This document shows, in pieces, positions 19,985 to 33,900 of a DNA stretch of 51,527 bases. The notes below the pieces were generated by a model. The model searched no databases, was not told the DNA's origin, and saw nothing but the letters and a program-made list of their open reading frames with translations. Position numbers and translations under genes: made by a program. Origin of the DNA: Nemertoderma westbladi (taxonomy: Eukaryota; Animalia; Xenacoelomorpha); the NCBI GenBank assembly GCA_032718475.1, contig JAUCBJ010008252.1:1-51527 (forward strand), written 5' to 3'. The stretch's first letter is position 1. Every line of letters starts with the position of its first letter.

Positions 19985-22740
19985 AACAGTTTTCATCGTT
20001 CTGGGCCGTTTCGTTGTGGCAGAACCATCCGATCCGCGGGGTAACCCTGCAACCCACCCAATACCCGTATTGGACTGGTTTGCGGAACACCCTGTCGCTA
20101 CCGTTTCGAACAGCCGCGCCGAATCGACGGGGATGTGGTCGACGAGTGGGGTTAGCCTCTACTGCTCTCGTCGGGGAAAAAGATCTTGGGTCTCCTCTCC
20201 ACGAACTAGAGGCCTAATCGCCAAACTCTGTCTTCTGTCTCTGGCTGGGGATATTGAAACCAACCCAGGACCAAGCAGGACGCGGGTCCAGAAGATAAAC
20301 TGTCCCGTCTGCAACGAGGAACAAACTCTTGGAGTAAGATCGTCCAATGCGAGAGTTGTGATACATTTGTACATTTAAAATGTTACCGTAGGAAACGCAG
20401 TAATTTATTCTCCACCAGAAACAATCTTGAGCCAAGTTTTCTCTGCAATAGCTGTATTTTTACCGAACTTCCCTTTCATGATACTATTTTAGAATCAGAA
20501 ACCGACGATTCATTCCTCACATCGCCTCTGCAAACTCCAAGTGATGCTGAGAGTGAAACTTTTAAATTTTTTAAGAAAAAAGGTCTGCATTTTTTGCATT
20601 TAAATGCACGATCTCTGCTTCCCAAACTTTCCGAAATTCGTATTTTAATCAATAAATCCAACCCAGCAGTTTTAACAATCTCTGAAACTTGGCTCGATGG
20701 TAACGTTTCTGATGGAGAAATTTATATTGATAATTACGTAGTTTTACGTAAGGATAGGGACAGACACGGTGGTGGTGTCTGTACTTACATTCGATGTGAT
20801 TTAGCTTTTAATCGTAGGGAAGATTTAGAGACTTGTGACGAAGTTTTATTGGTGGAACTTTTACTTCCTAAAACTAAACCTATTTTAATCGGTACTTTAT
20901 ATCGGCCCCCTAAACAATCAGATTTTTTGCAAAATTTTGAAAATACAATTTTATGTAAACTTAGGTCAGACTGTGAAATATATTTCTTAGGTGATTTTAA
21001 TATCTGTTACCATCACAAAGCATTCCCCATATATAAGTACCAACGTATTTTAAATTTGTTTGGTTTAAAACAAATTATTCGAGATTCTACCAGAATTACC
21101 AGTAAAACTTCTACTTTACTAGATCACATCCTTTGTAATAATACCGATATTATTTCTCAATCTGGGGTTTTACCTATAGGTCTAAGCGATCATTTTATAG
21201 TTTTTTGCACAAGAAAGACACAAAAATCTTTTTTCGGGGATCATAAAACAGTAACAGTTAGGTCTATGAAAAATTACAGCAAGGAACGCTTTTTAAGTTT
21301 GTTAGTTAATTCTGACTGGGAACCCTGTTTTAAGGCCGCTGACATTAACCTTGCGTACACTGTTTTTAAAGATATATTTCTAAAGGCACTTAATACTGTA
21401 GCACCAATTAAAGAAATTAGTCTTAAACAACGCACTGAGCCCCGGATGACCTCGGGTATTCTTAGTAATATCAGAGAAAGAGATAACTATTTGTAGAAAT
21501 ACCGTGTTTTAGCTGATTATAATAATTACTGCAAATATAGAAACCTTGTCCAACAGGAAATAAAAAAAGCTAAATCTGAATATTTGTACAACAAAATAAG
21601 TGAGAATAAAGATAATCCTAAAAGTCTATGGTCTACCCTAAAATCTTTAGGTTATAAAAACCTTAAATCTAAATCGAATATTGTTCTGCAAGATAACGGT
21701 GAGCTGATTCATGATCATACTCTAGTTAGTAATATATTTAATAATTATTTTACTAATGTTGCCTCTAATTTAGTTAGGAAATTACCGTTATCAAGTAATA
21801 AATATAGTATAGGGTCCGAAACTCTAAAATAATTTTTATTTAGAAAAGTTACAAAATTCAGAAAAGTTATTTTTAAAACCCGTTTCTGAGGATTTCGTTT
21901 TTCAAAATCTACTTAGCCTATCAGCCTCAAAAAGTACCGGTCTAGACCTAATACCTGCCCGTTTTCTTAAGGATGGTGCTGAAGTACTTAAAGTGCCGAT
22001 TACTTTTATTATTAATTACTCTATCGTAGATAATGTAGTACCAGACGAACTGAAATTAGCTAAGGTTGTTCCTCTGTATAAAAAGAATAGTAAAGTAGAA
22101 CCCTGTAATTACTGACCTGTTAGTATCTTAAGTATTGTATCTAAAATTCTAGAACGTTCTGTTTTTCTACAGCTGGAAGCACATCTTAGTAGGCCAAATC
22201 TGATCTATGAACTTCAGTCCGGTTTTCGTAAATCATATTCTACAGACACCTGCCTTATTAACTTAACTGATACAATTAGATGTAATAACGCAAAGGGTTT
22301 ATATACCGGTATGGTAATGTTGGACCTACAAAAGGCTTTCGATACTGTAGATCACGAAATTCTGCTTGGTAAGTTAGGCCTGATGGGTGTAGGTTCTATA
22401 GACTGGTTCAAGTCCTACCTGTCAGACAGAGGTCAAACTGTAGTCATTAGCAAATCGCAGTCTACTGTACAAGAGATTACCTGTGGTGTACCGCAAGGTA
22501 GTATATTAGGTCCTCTGCTTTTTGTATGCTATGTAAATGATATGATAAGTAGTATAGATCCCGATTTTAAACTCATTTTATATGCCGACGACAGTGCTCT
22601 TATTTTCTCTCATAAAGATCTTATCCATATTTCCCAAAAGTTAAGTGCAGTTCTAGAATCCTGTAATGAGTGGTTGGTTGATAATAAGCTATCCATTCAC
22701 TACGGTAAAACTGAAAGTATTTTGTTTGTATTTTGTTTTG
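19985..22740 (+). mobile_element. CR1/L2-group non-LTR retrotransposon (2A peptide - PHD-like - APE endonuclease - RT), pseudogenised, lacking the RT C-terminus
   Basis: LLSLAGDIETNPGP, then CPVC...CESC...HLKC (frameshifted). APE motifs HLNARSL, SETWL, YRPP, GDFN, LDHI and SDH. RT motifs [25 protein letters not shown] and YADD (22581-22592). In-frame stops at 21494, 21830 and ~22113. Confidence 0.93.
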
Positions 22741-25700
22741 TCTACAATGCATTTGACACAAGATAAATTAATTAACTCTACAATACATTTGACACAAGAT
22801 AAATAAATTAATTCTACAATGCATTTGACAGAAGATAAACTCTAGAATGCATTTGACACAAGATAAATAAATTAACTCTACAATACATTTGACACAAGAT
22901 AAATAAATTAGCTCTACAATGCATTTGATACAAGTTAAATTTGTTAACTCTACAAAGCATTTGACACAAGATAAATTAATGAACTCTACCATACCATGCA
23001 TTGGACACAAGATAAATTAATTAACTCTACAACGCATTTGACACAAGATAAATAAATTAACTCTACAATACATTTGACACAAGATAAATAAATTAATTCT
23101 ACAATGCATTTGACACAAGATAAATAAATTAATTCTACAATGCATTTGACACAAGATAAATAAATTAACTCTACAATGCATTTGACACAAGATAAATAAA
23201 TTAACTCTACAATGCATTTGACACAAGATAAATAAATTAATTCTACAATGCATTTGACACAAGATAAATAAATTAACTCTACAATGCATTTGACACAAGA
23301 TAAATAAATTAACTCTACAATACATTTGACACAAGATAAATAAATTAATTCTACAATGCATTTGACACAAGATAAATAAATTAACTCTACAATGCATTTG
23401 ACACAAGATAAATAAATTAACTCTACAATGCATTTGACACAAGATAAATAAATTAACTCTACAATACATTTGACACAAGATAAATAAATTAATTCTACAA
23501 TGCATTTGACAGAAGATAAACTCTACAATACATTTGACACAAGATAAATAAATTAACTCTACAATACATTTGACACAAGATAAATAAATTAACTCTACAA
23601 TACATTTGACACAAGATAAATAAATTAATTCTACAATGCATTTGACACAAGATAAATAAATTAACTCTACAATGCATTTGACACAAGATAAATAAATTAA
23701 CTCTACAATGCATTTGACACAAGATAAATAAATTAACTCTACAATACATTTGACACAATATAAATAAATTAATTCTACAATGCATTTGACAGAAGATAAA
23801 CTCTACAATACATTTGACACAAGATAAATAAATTAACTCTACAATGCATTTGATACAAGATAAATTAATGAACTCTACCATACCATGCATTGGACACAAG
23901 ATAAATTAATTAACTCTACAACGCATTTGACACAAGATAAATAAATTAACTCTACAATGCATTTGACACAAGATAAATAAATTAACTCTACAATACATTT
24001 GACACAAGATAAATAAATTAATTCTACAATGCATTTGACAGAAGATAAACTCTACAATACATTTGACACAAGATAAATAAATTAGCTCTACAATGCATTT
24101 GATACAAGTTAAATTTGTTAACTCTACAAAGCATTTGACACAAGATAAATTAATGAACTCTACCATACCATGCATTGGACACAAGATAAATTAATTAACT
24201 CTACAACGCATTTGACACAAGATAAATAAATTAACTCTACAATGCATTTGACACAAGATAAATAAATTAACTCTACAATGCATTTGACACAAGATAAATA
24301 AATTAACTCTACAATGCATTTGACAGAAGATAAACTCTTGAATGCATTTGACACAAGATAAATAAATTAACTCTACAATGCATGTGACACAAGATAAATA
24401 AATTAACTCTACAATACATTTGACACAAGATAAATAAATAAACTCTACAAATCATTTGACACAAGATAAATAAATTAACTCTACAATGCATTTGACACAA
24501 GATAAATAAATTAACTCTACAATACATTTGACACAAGATAAATAAATTAACTCTACAATGCATTTGACACAAGATAAATAAATTAACTCTACAATGCATT
24601 TGACACAGGATAAATTAATAAACTCTACAAATCATTTGACACAAGATAAATAAATTAACTCTACAATACATTTGACACAAGATAAATAAATTAACTCTAC
24701 AATACATTTGACACAAGATAAATAAATTAACTCTACAATGCATTTGACACAAGATAAATAAATTAACTCTACAATACATTTGACACAAGATAAATAAATT
24801 AACTCTACAATGCATTTGACACAAGATAAATAAATTAACTCTACAATACATTTGACACAAGATAAATAAATTAACTCTACAATACATTTGACACAAGATA
24901 AATAAATTAACTCTACAATGCATTTGACACAAGATAAATAAATTAACTCTACAATGCATTTGACACAAGATAAATAAATTAACTCTACAATACATTTGAC
25001 ACAAGATAAATAAATTAACTCTACAATACATTTGACACAGGATAAATTAATTAACTCTACAATACATTTGACATAAGATAAATAAATTAATTCTACAATG
25101 CATTTGACAGAAGATAAACTCTAGAATGCATTTGACACAAGATAAATAAATTAACTCTACAATACATTTGACACAAGATAAATAAATTAACTCTACAATA
25201 CATTTGACACAAGATAAATAAATTAACTCTACAATACATTTGACACAAGATAAATAAATTAACTCTACAATGCATTTGACACAAGATAAATAAATTAACT
25301 CTACAATACATTTGACACAAGATAAATAAATTAACTCTACAATGCATTTGACACAAGATAAATAAATTAACTCTACAATACATTTGCCCCTAAATAAATT
25401 AACTCTACAATACATTTGACACAAGATAAATAAATTAACTCTACAATACATTTGACACAAGATAAATAAATTAACTCTACAATACATTTGACACAAGATA
25501 AATAAATTAACTCTACAATACATTTGACACAAGATAAATAAATTAACTCTACAATACATTTGACACAAGATAAATAAATTAACTCTACAATGCATTTGAC
25601 ACAAGATAAATAAATTAACTCTACAATACATTTGACACAAGATAAATAAATTAACTCTACAATACATTTGCCCCTAAATAAATTAACTCTACAATACATT

Positions 25701-28700
25701 TGACACAAGATAAATAAATTAACTCTACAATACATTTGACACAAGATAAATAAATAAATTCTACAATGCATTTGATACAGGATAAATTAATTAACTCTAC
25801 AATGCATTTGACACAAGATAAATAAATTAACTCTACAATACATTTGACATAAGATAAATAAATTAATTCTACAATGCATTTGACAGAAGATAAACTCTAG
25901 AATGCATTTGACACAAGATAAATAAATTAACTCTACAATGCATTTAACACAAGATAAATAAATTAACTCTACAATACATTTGACACAAGATAAATAAATA
26001 AATTCTACAATGCATTTGATACAGGATAAATTAATTAACTCTACAATACATTTGACATAAGATAAATAAATTAATTCTACAATGCATTTGACAGAAGATA
26101 AACTCTAGAATGCATTTGACACAAGATAAATAAATTAACTCTACAATACATTTGCCCCTAAATAAATTAACTCTACAATACATTTGACACAAGATAAATA
26201 AATTAACTCTACAATACATTTGACACAAGATAAATAAATAAATTCTACAATGCATTTGATACAGGATAAATTAATTAACTCTACAATACATTTGACATAA
26301 GATAAATAAATTAATTCTACAATGCATTTGACAGAAGATAAACTCTAGAATGCATTTAACACAAGATAAATAAATTAACTCTACAATGCATTTGACACAA
26401 GATAAATAAATTAACTCTACAATACATTTGACACAAGATAAATAAATAAATTCTACAATGCATTTGATACAGGATAAATTAATTAACTCTACAATACATT
26501 TGACATAAGATAAATAAATTAATTCTACAATGCATTTGACAGAAGATAAACTCTAGAATGCATTTGACACAAGATAAATAAATTAACTCTACAATACATT
26601 TGCCCCTAAATAAATTAACTCTACAATACATTTGACACAAGATAAATAAATTAACTCTACAATACATTTGACACAAGATAAATAAATAAATTCTACAATG
26701 CATTTGATACAGGATAAATTAATTAACTCTACAATACATTTGACATAAGATAAATAAATTAATTCTACAATGCATTTGACAGAAGATAAACTCTAGAATG
26801 CATTTGACACAAGATAAATAAATTAACTCTACAATGCATTTGACACAAGATAAATAAATTAACTCTATAATACATTTGACACAAGATAAATAAATTAACT
26901 CTACAATGCATTTGACAGAAGATAAACTCTAGAATGCATTTGACACAAGATAAATAAATTAACTCTACAATGCATTTGACACAAGATAAATAAATTAACT
27001 CTACAATACATTTGACACAAGATAAATAAATTAACTCTACAATACATTTGACACAAGATAAATAAATAAATTCTACAATGCATTTGATACAAGTTAAATT
27101 AGTTAACTCTACAATGCATTTGACAGAAGATAAACTCTAGAATGCATTTGACACAAGATAAATAAATTAACTCTACAATGCATTTGATACAAGTTAAATT
27201 AGTTAACTCTACAAAGCATTTGACACAAGATAAATTAATGAACTCTACCATGCATTGGACACAAGATAAATTAATTAACTCTACAATACATTTGACACAA
27301 GATAAATAAATTAACTCTACAATGCATTTGACACAAGATAAATAAATTAGATCTAAAATACATTTGGCCAAAGATAAATTAATTAACTCTACAATGCATG
27401 TGACACAAGATAAATAAATAAACTCTACAATGCATTTGACACAAGATAAATAAATTAGATCTAAAATACATTTTGCCAAAGATAAATTAATTAACTCTAC
27501 AATGCATGTGATACAAGATAAATAAATTAACTCTACAATGCATTTGACACAAGATAAATTAATGAACTCTACCATGCATTGGACACAAGATAAATTAATT
27601 AACTCTACAATACATTTGACACAAGATAAATAAATTAACTCTACAATGCATTTGACACAAGATAAATAAATTAGATCTAAAATACATTTTGCCAAAGATA
27701 AATTAATTAACTCTACAATACATTTGACACAAGATAAATAAATTAACTCTTACAATACATTTGACACAAGATAAATAAATTAGATCTAAAATACATTTGG
27801 CCAAAGATAAATTAATTAACTCTACAATGCATGTGACACAAGATAAATAAATTAACTCTACAAAGCATTTGACACAAGATAAATTAATGAACTCTACCAT
27901 GCATTGGACACAAGATAAATTAATTAACTCTACAATACATTTGACACAAGATAAATAAATTATCTCTACAATGCATTTGACACAAGATAAATAAATTAGA
28001 TCTAAAATACATTTGACACAAGATAAATAAATTAATTCTACAATGCATTTGACAGAAGATAAACTCTAGAATGCATTTGACACAAGATAAATTAATTAAC
28101 TCTACAATACATTTGACACAAGATAAATAAATTAACTCTACAATGCATTTGACACAAGATAAATTAATTAACTCTACAATACATTTGACACAAGATAAAT
28201 AAATTAACTCTACAATGCATTTGACACAAGATAAATAAATTAGATCTAAAATACATTTTGCCAAAGATAAATTAATTAACTCTACAATACATGTGACACA
28301 AGATAAATAAATTAACTCTACAAAGCATTTGACACAAGATAAATTAATGAACTCTACCATGCATTGGACACAAGATAAATTAATTAACTCTACAATACAT
28401 TTGACACAAGATAAATAAATTAACTCTACAACGCATTTGACACAAGATAAATAAATTAACTCTACAATACATTTGACACAAGATAAATAAATTAATTCTA
28501 CAATGCATTTGACAGAAGATAAACTCTAGAATGCATTTGACACAAGATAAATAAATTAACTCTACAATACATTTGACACAAGATAAATAAATTAACTCTA
28601 CAATGCATTTGATACAAGTTAAATTAGTTAACTCTACAATGCATTTGACAGAAGATAAACTCTAGAATGCATTTGACACAAGATAAATTAATGAACTCTA

Positions 28701-29575
28701 CCATGCATTGGACACAAGATAAATTAATTAACTCTACAATGCATTTGACAGAAGATAAACTCTACAAAGCATTTGACACAAGATAAATAAATTAACTCTA
28801 CAATGCATTTGATACAAGTTAAATTAGTTAACTCTACAATGCATTTGACAGAAGATAAACTCTAGAATGCATTTGACACAAGATAAATTAATGAACTCTA
28901 CCATGCATTGGACACAAGATAAATTAATTAACTCTACAATGCATTTGACAGAAGATAAACTCTACAATGCATTTGATACAAGTTAAATTAGTTAACTCTA
29001 CAATGCATTTGACAGAAGATAAACTCTAGAATGCATTGGACACAAGATAAATTAATTAACTCTACAATGCATGTGACACAAGATAAATAAATTAACTCTA
29101 CAATACATTTGACAGAAGATAAACTCTACAAAGCATTTGATACAAGTTAAATTAGTTAACTCTACAATGCATTTGATACAAGTTAAATTAGTTAACTCTA
29201 CAATGCATTTGACAGAAGATAAACTCTAGAATGCATTGGACACAAGATAAATTAATTAACTCTACAATGCATGTGACACAAGATAAATAAATTAACTCTA
29301 CAATGCATTTGACAGAAGATAAACTCTAGAATGCATTTGACACAAGATAAATTAATGAACTCTACCATGCATTGGACACAAGATAAATTAATTAACTCTA
29401 CAATGCATTTGACAGAAGATAAACTCTACAAAGCATTTGATACAAGTTAAATTAGTTAACTCTACAATGCATTTGATACAAGTTAAATTAGTTAACTCTA
29501 CAATGCATTTGATACAAGTTAAATTAGTTAACTCTACAATGCATTTGATACAAGATAAGATCTACAATGCATTTG
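22741..29575. repeat. 36-bp AT-rich satellite (aactctacaat[g/a]catttgacacaagataaataaatt)n, ~190 copies, including 28-bp deletion variants
   Basis: Directly visible. It begins ~25 bp downstream of the stop codon of the nested minus-strand gene. Confidence 0.98.
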
Positions 29576-29599
29576 AATCTATGTTGGAAACGATAAGTT

Positions 29600-30238
29600 T
29601 CATTGACTCATTACCAAATCGATAACAATAAGGGCCGCTACTAAATGCCAGGCCAAGGCCATAGTGTTGGAATCGCTCATAGTAACCAATGGGGTCGCTG
29701 TGTGATAATAATCCTCGGTGCTTGTGTATTGGATCCATTCCTTCCATACCAGAGGAGGACAGGGGTCCTCACAACATTCATACTGACAAGCTTCATGCGA
29801 CACTTCGATTTCGTATTTCAGCCACTTTACAATTGCTAAAGCTCTGACCAAAAAATCTTCTTCGTATTCGGAATCAGCGCCAGGCAGAGCAACCTGGATA
29901 AAATATGTGCAGGCATCTTCGTTAAGGGGGACGCATTTGACATCGGTACCGTAGCAGAAGTTCTGAATATACTGTACGACGCCCTTGTCATTATGCTCTT
30001 GGGAATATCCAGCAGCGATGTAGGACACTCTTACACAAGTAGTGCAACCGCTGCTCGTGGCGTTGCGGTTGCGAAAGATCTCGTTACTCTTTGTAAACCT
30101 GGCTATTTTATCTTCATAGACTTTCTTTAAGATGTTTTTGTCAGAGGAAAGCGTCCAACTCAACCCGTCTGGACAAGTATAATTCGAAGTCACCAGTGTT
30201 GCATGGACAGATATTAATAGAGCGGATGTAACATACAT
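29600..30238 (-). CDS. Uncharacterised secreted, probably GPI-anchored Cys-rich protein (possible divergent Ly6/uPAR three-finger fold), nested in an ALDH intron
   Basis: 212-aa uninterrupted non-repetitive ORF with GC content above its flanks. Hydrophobic N-terminal signal, 10 Cys ending in CQYECCEDPC, N-glycosylation sequons (NYT, NAT), a Ser/Thr stalk, small residues SDSN and a hydrophobic C-terminal tail. Confidence 0.72.
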   Translation of the reverse strand: MYVTSALLISVHATLVTSNYTCPDGLSWTLSSDKNILKKVYEDKIARFTKSNEIFRNRNATSSGCTTCVRVSYIAAGYSQEHNDKGVVQYIQNFCYGTDVKCVPLNEDACTYFIQVALPGADSEYEEDFLVRALAIVKWLKYEIEVSHEACQYECCEDPCPPLVWKEWIQYTSTEDYYHTATPLVTMSDSNTMALAWHLVAALIVIDLVMSQ

Positions 30239-30656
30239 TATTATAAATAATTAATAGTTAGAGATTATATAGCATAATAATTCTTAGTTAATCTTCAATA
30301 ATTATATTAGTAAAATCAGGATCATCGATGGTCACTGATACTAAAACATGAAATAAATAACCTGCCATCTGTGAGAGCGGCATTAAACCTGGCGTCAAGA
30401 GCAGTGACAAAAGAGCAGGTGATACAAGATCAGAGAACAGTAGACTAAAACCTAGGAAGATGACCCATTGGGTCCCATAGAATCAGATAGACAGGAAAAA
30501 GGCTGGAAATATCATAATATCAGAAATCGTCGTTAGTAAATTGATACAGAGACGGAGAAACAGACAAATAGATAGACAAACCCGACTTTGTGCTTTAAAA
30601 TATTTATAGACTAATGTAAAAATTATCACCGCATATCTATATAAAGTTTTTTCAAG

Positions 30657-30815
30657 CTTTATAAGAATGTAATATACACAAATATACACAATGTAAGAAC
30701 CGTTTTTATAAGAATGTAGTATTATACACAATGTAAGAACCGTTTTTATAAGAATGTAATATACACAATGTAAGAACCGTTTTTATAAGAATGTAGTATT
30801 ATACACAATGTAAGA
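30657..30815. repeat. Short ~37-46-bp tandem repeat (tttataagaatgta..atacacaatgtaagaaccgtt), ~4 copies
   Basis: Directly visible upstream of the nested gene. Confidence 0.85.
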
Positions 30816-30988
30816 GGTTGTACTGCAGTAATAAGGTAATGTGAATATTAGGTATCCCATTGCGAAACATAGAGAAGTACTAAATCGTTATAGATTTCTC
30901 TCAGCATAATTATATTGCAAGAAAGAATGTTTACTACAATAATAATTAGATGCTGTTTAATTTGAGTAGCAGGTTATTTGGCGCTGGT

Positions 30989-33900
30989 TCGAGTGGGAAT
31001 ATTAATGAGATCGAGTGGGGATATTAATGGGATCGAGTGGGGATATTAATGAGATCGAGTGGGGATATTAATGAGATCGAGTGGGGATATTAATGAGATC
31101 GAGTGGGGATATTAATGAGATCGAGTGGGGATATTAATGGGATCGAGTGGGGATATTAATGAGATCGAGTGGGGATATTAATGAGATCGAGTGGGGATAT
31201 TAATGAGATCGAGTGGGGATATTAATGAGATCGAGTATGGATATTAATGAGATCGAGTGGGGATATTAATGAGATCGAGTGGGGATATTAATGAGATCGA
31301 GTGGGGATATTAATGAGATCGAGTGGGGATATTAATGAGATGGAGTATGGATATTAATGAGATCGAGTGGGGATATTAATGAGATCGAGTGGGGATATTA
31401 ATGAGATGGAGTATGGATATTAATGAGATCGAGTGGGGATCTTAATGAGATCGAGTGGGGATATTAATGAGATCGAGTGGGGATATTAATGAGATCGAGT
31501 ATGGATATTAATGAGATCGAGTGGGGATATTAATGAGATCGAGTGGGGATATTAATGAGATCGAGTGGGGATATTAATGAGATCGAGTGGGGATATTAAA
31601 GAGATGGAGTGGGGATATTAATGAGATCGAGTGGGGATATTAATGAGATCGAGTGGGGATATAAATGAGATTGAGTGGTGAATTTAATGAGATCGAGTGG
31701 GGATATTAATGAGATGGAGTGGGGATATTAAAGAGATGGAGTGGGGATATTAATGAGATCGAGTGGGGATATTAATGAGATCGAGTGGGGATATTAAAGA
31801 GATGGAGTGGGGATATTAATGAGATCGAGTGGGGATATTAATGAGATCGAGTGGGGATATTAATGAGATCGAGTGGGGATATTAATGAGATGGAGTGGGG
31901 ATATTAAAGATATCGAGTGGTGAATTTAATGAGATCGAGTGGGGATATTAATGAGATGGAGTGGCGATATTAATGAGATCGAGTGGGGATATTAATGAGA
32001 TCGAGTGGGGATATAAATGAGATTGAGTGGTGAATTTAATGAGATCGAGTGGGGATATTAATGAGATGGAGTGGGGATATTAAAGAGATGGAGTGGGGAT
32101 ATTAATGAGATCGAGTGGGGATATAAATGAGATTGAGTGGTGAATTTAATGAGATCGAGTGGGGATATTAATGAGATGGAGTGGGGATATTAAAGAGATG
32201 GAGTGGGGATATTAATGAGATCGAGTGGGGATATTAATGAGATCGAGTGGGGATATTAATGAGATCGAGTGGGGATATTAATGAGATGGAGTATGGATAT
32301 TAATGAGATCGAGTGGGGATATTAATGAGATCGAGTGGGGATATTAATGAGATGGAGTATGGATATTAATGAGATCGAGTGGGGATCTTAATGAGATCGA
32401 GTGGGGATATTAATGGGATCGAGTGGGGATATTAATGAGATCGAGTGGGGATATTAATGAGATCGAGTGGGGATATTAATGAGATCGAGTATGGATATTA
32501 ATGAGATCGAGTGGGGATATTAATGAGATCGAGTGGGGATATTAATGAGATCGAGTGGGGATATAAATGAGATTGAGTGGTGAATTTAATGAGATCGAGT
32601 GGGGATATTAATGAGATGGAGTGGGGATATTAAAGAGATGGAGTGGGGATATTAATGAGATCGAGTGGGGATATTAATGAGATCGAGTGGGGATATTAAT
32701 GAGATCGAGTGGGGATATTAATGAGATGGAGTATGGATATTAATGAGATCGAGTGGGGATATTAATGAGATCGAGTGGGGATATTAATGAGATGGAGTAT
32801 GGATATTAATGAGATCGAGTGGGGATCTTAATGAGATCGAGTGGGGATATTAATGGGATCGAGTGGGGATATTAATGAGATCGAGTGGGGATATTAATGA
32901 GATCGAGTGGGGATATTAATGAGATCGAGTATGGATATTAATGAGATCGAGTGGGGATATTAATGAGATCGAGTGGGGATATTAATGAGATCGAGTGGGG
33001 ATATTAATGAGATCGAGTGGGGATATTAATGAGATGGAGTATGGATATTAATGAGATCGAGTGGGGATATTAATGAGATCGAGTGGGGATATTAATGAGA
33101 TGGAGTATGGATATTAATGAGATCGAGTGGGGATCTTAATGAGATCGAGTGGGGATATTAATGAGATGGAGTTTGGATATTAATGAGATCGAGTGGGGAT
33201 CTTAATGAGATTGAGTGGTGAATTTAATGAGATCGAGTGGGGATATTAATGAGATGGAGTGGGGATATTAAAGAGATCGAGTGGGGATATTAATGAGATC
33301 GAGTGGGGATATAAATGAGATGGAGTATGGATATTAATGAGATCGAGTGGGGATCTTAATGAGATTGAGTGGTGAATTTAATGAGATCGAGTGGGGATAT
33401 TAATGAGATGGAGTGGGGATATTAAAGAGATGGAGTGGGGATATTAATGAGATCGAGTGGGGATATTAATGAGATGGAGTATGGATATTAATGAGATCGA
33501 GTGGGGATCTTAATGAGATTGAGTGGGGATATTAATGAGATGGAGTTGGGATATTAATGAGATCGAGTGGGGATATAAATGAGATTGAGTGGTGAATTTA
33601 ATGAGATCGAGTGGGGATATTAATGAGATGGAGTGGGGATATTAAAGAGATGGAGTGGGGATATTAATGAGATCGAGTGGGGATATTAATGAGATCGAGT
33701 GGGGATATTAAAGAGATGGAGTGGGGATATTAATGAGATCGAGTGGGGATATTAATGAGATCGAGTGGGGATATTAATGAGATCGAGTGGGGATATTAAT
33801 GAGATGGAGTGGGGATATTAATGAGATGGAGTGGGGATATTAAAGAGATGGAGTGGTGATATTAATGAGATCGAGTGGGGATATTAATGAGATGGAGTGG

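Noticed and set aside
22768-29625. Many Cys-rich repetitive ORFs (CQMHCRVNLFIL)n / (CVKCIVELIYLS)n
   Set aside because: These are translations of the 36-bp satellite, frequently broken by 28-bp variants and stops.
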